This document shows, piece by piece, positions 63,112 to 64,000 of a DNA stretch of 64,000 bases. Under the pieces are notes generated by a model. That model was not told the origin of the DNA and did no database searches. It saw nothing but the letters and a program-made list of their open reading frames with translations. The DNA is from Phoronis australis (Eukaryota > Animalia > Phoronida), in the NCBI GenBank assembly GCA_002633005.1, contig NMRA01000411.1, positions 345,053 through 409,052 of the forward strand, written 5' to 3'. Position 1 is the stretch's first letter; the number at the start of each line of letters is the position of its first letter. A program made the position numbers and the translations under genes.

Positions 63112-64000
63112 CTCCTCTGACTATAAAGCAACTAAACATGTTGACTGCAGTCCACAGTCAGATTACCAGCAGAAGGTGACATCTACAAACACTACTACAT
63201 CAGCACAAGGTACAGTCACACCCAACACTGCTTCAACAACAACATCACTTGCCAACGCTACAACATCAGCACAAGGCACGGTAACACCCAACACTGCTGC
63301 AACGGCAACATCACATTTCAGCACGTCAACGTCAGCACATGGCACAGTAACATCCAACACTTCTGTGGCAGCAACATCACTACAACATCAGCACAAGCCA
63401 TAGTCACACCCAACACTGCCGCAACGATAACATCATCTACAAACACTACAATATCAGCCCAAGGCACTGTAACACCCAACACTGCTGCAACGGCAACATC
63501 ATATTTCAGCACGTCAACGTCAGCACATGGCACAGTAACATCCACCACTGCTGTAGTGGCAACATCACCTACAAACACTACAACATCAGCACAAGGCACA
63601 GTCACACCCAACACTGTTGCAACGGCAATGTCACTTTTCTTTACCGCAACATCAACACATGGCACACTAACACCCAACACTGCTTCAACGGTAACATCAC
63701 CTACTAACACTGCAACTTCGTCAGAAGCCACAGTCACACCCATCACTGCCGCAATGGCAACATCATCTACCAACACTGCAACACCATTGCAAGCCACAGT
63801 CACACCTAGCACTGCTGCTGCGGCAACATCACCTACCATCACCACCACCATCAGCACTACAGAATTAGCACCCGCCACAGTCACACCCAACAGTATGGCC
63901 TCAACGGAAGGCAAAGTAGTCGCGACGACACCAGAAGGGAAAGAGTTCGTGGCCACCGAATTCCTGGTTGAAATCACAATCTCACTGAAACCGACGGACG
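63112..64000 (+). CDS. Mucin-like Thr/Ser/Ala-rich exon with 22-aa repeats, one frameshift, open at the window end (gene or pseudogene)
   Basis: About 11 66-bp units such as TSTNTTTSAQGTVTPNTASTTT, with synonymous variation between units. A 10-nt deletion at 63380/63381 shifts the frame. The second frame stays open to the end (...KEFVATEFLVEITISLKPTD). Start set at a putative ctaac..cacag acceptor. Confidence 0.6.

Noticed and set aside
63163-63977. Val-rich minus-strand ORFs
   Set aside because: Antisense shadow of Thr (ACN) codon repeats on the plus strand.

Overview
Animal (invertebrate bilaterian, probably lophotrochozoan-type) draft genomic DNA: AT-rich, GT-AG introns, one 633-N gap and five single-N joins. 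Most of the ORF track is noise. Splicing by hand gives a cluster of three cell-surface Ig-superfamily genes. Gene A (+, 1112-5121, 5' end outside the window) is lachesin/IgLON-like with 3 Ig domains and a GPI-type tail. Gene B (+, 12273 to about 28.1 kb) is a diverged tandem paralogue with the same intron phases; its last exon is ambiguous (secreted versus membrane-anchored). Gene C (-, at least 55721 down to 36207) has 3 Ig + FN3 + mucin/acidic stalk + GPI tail, the Klingon/Wrapper architecture, and converges on gene B. A frameshifted Thr-rich mucin-like exon (66-bp repeat) runs off the right end. Introns hold a decayed piggyBac, Harbinger-like and 5-bp-TSD MITEs, a CR1/L2-like LINE fragment, minisatellites and a perfect 77-bp palindrome. 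No tRNA, rRNA or CRISPR array was found. Family assignments rest on remembered motifs, not database searches.
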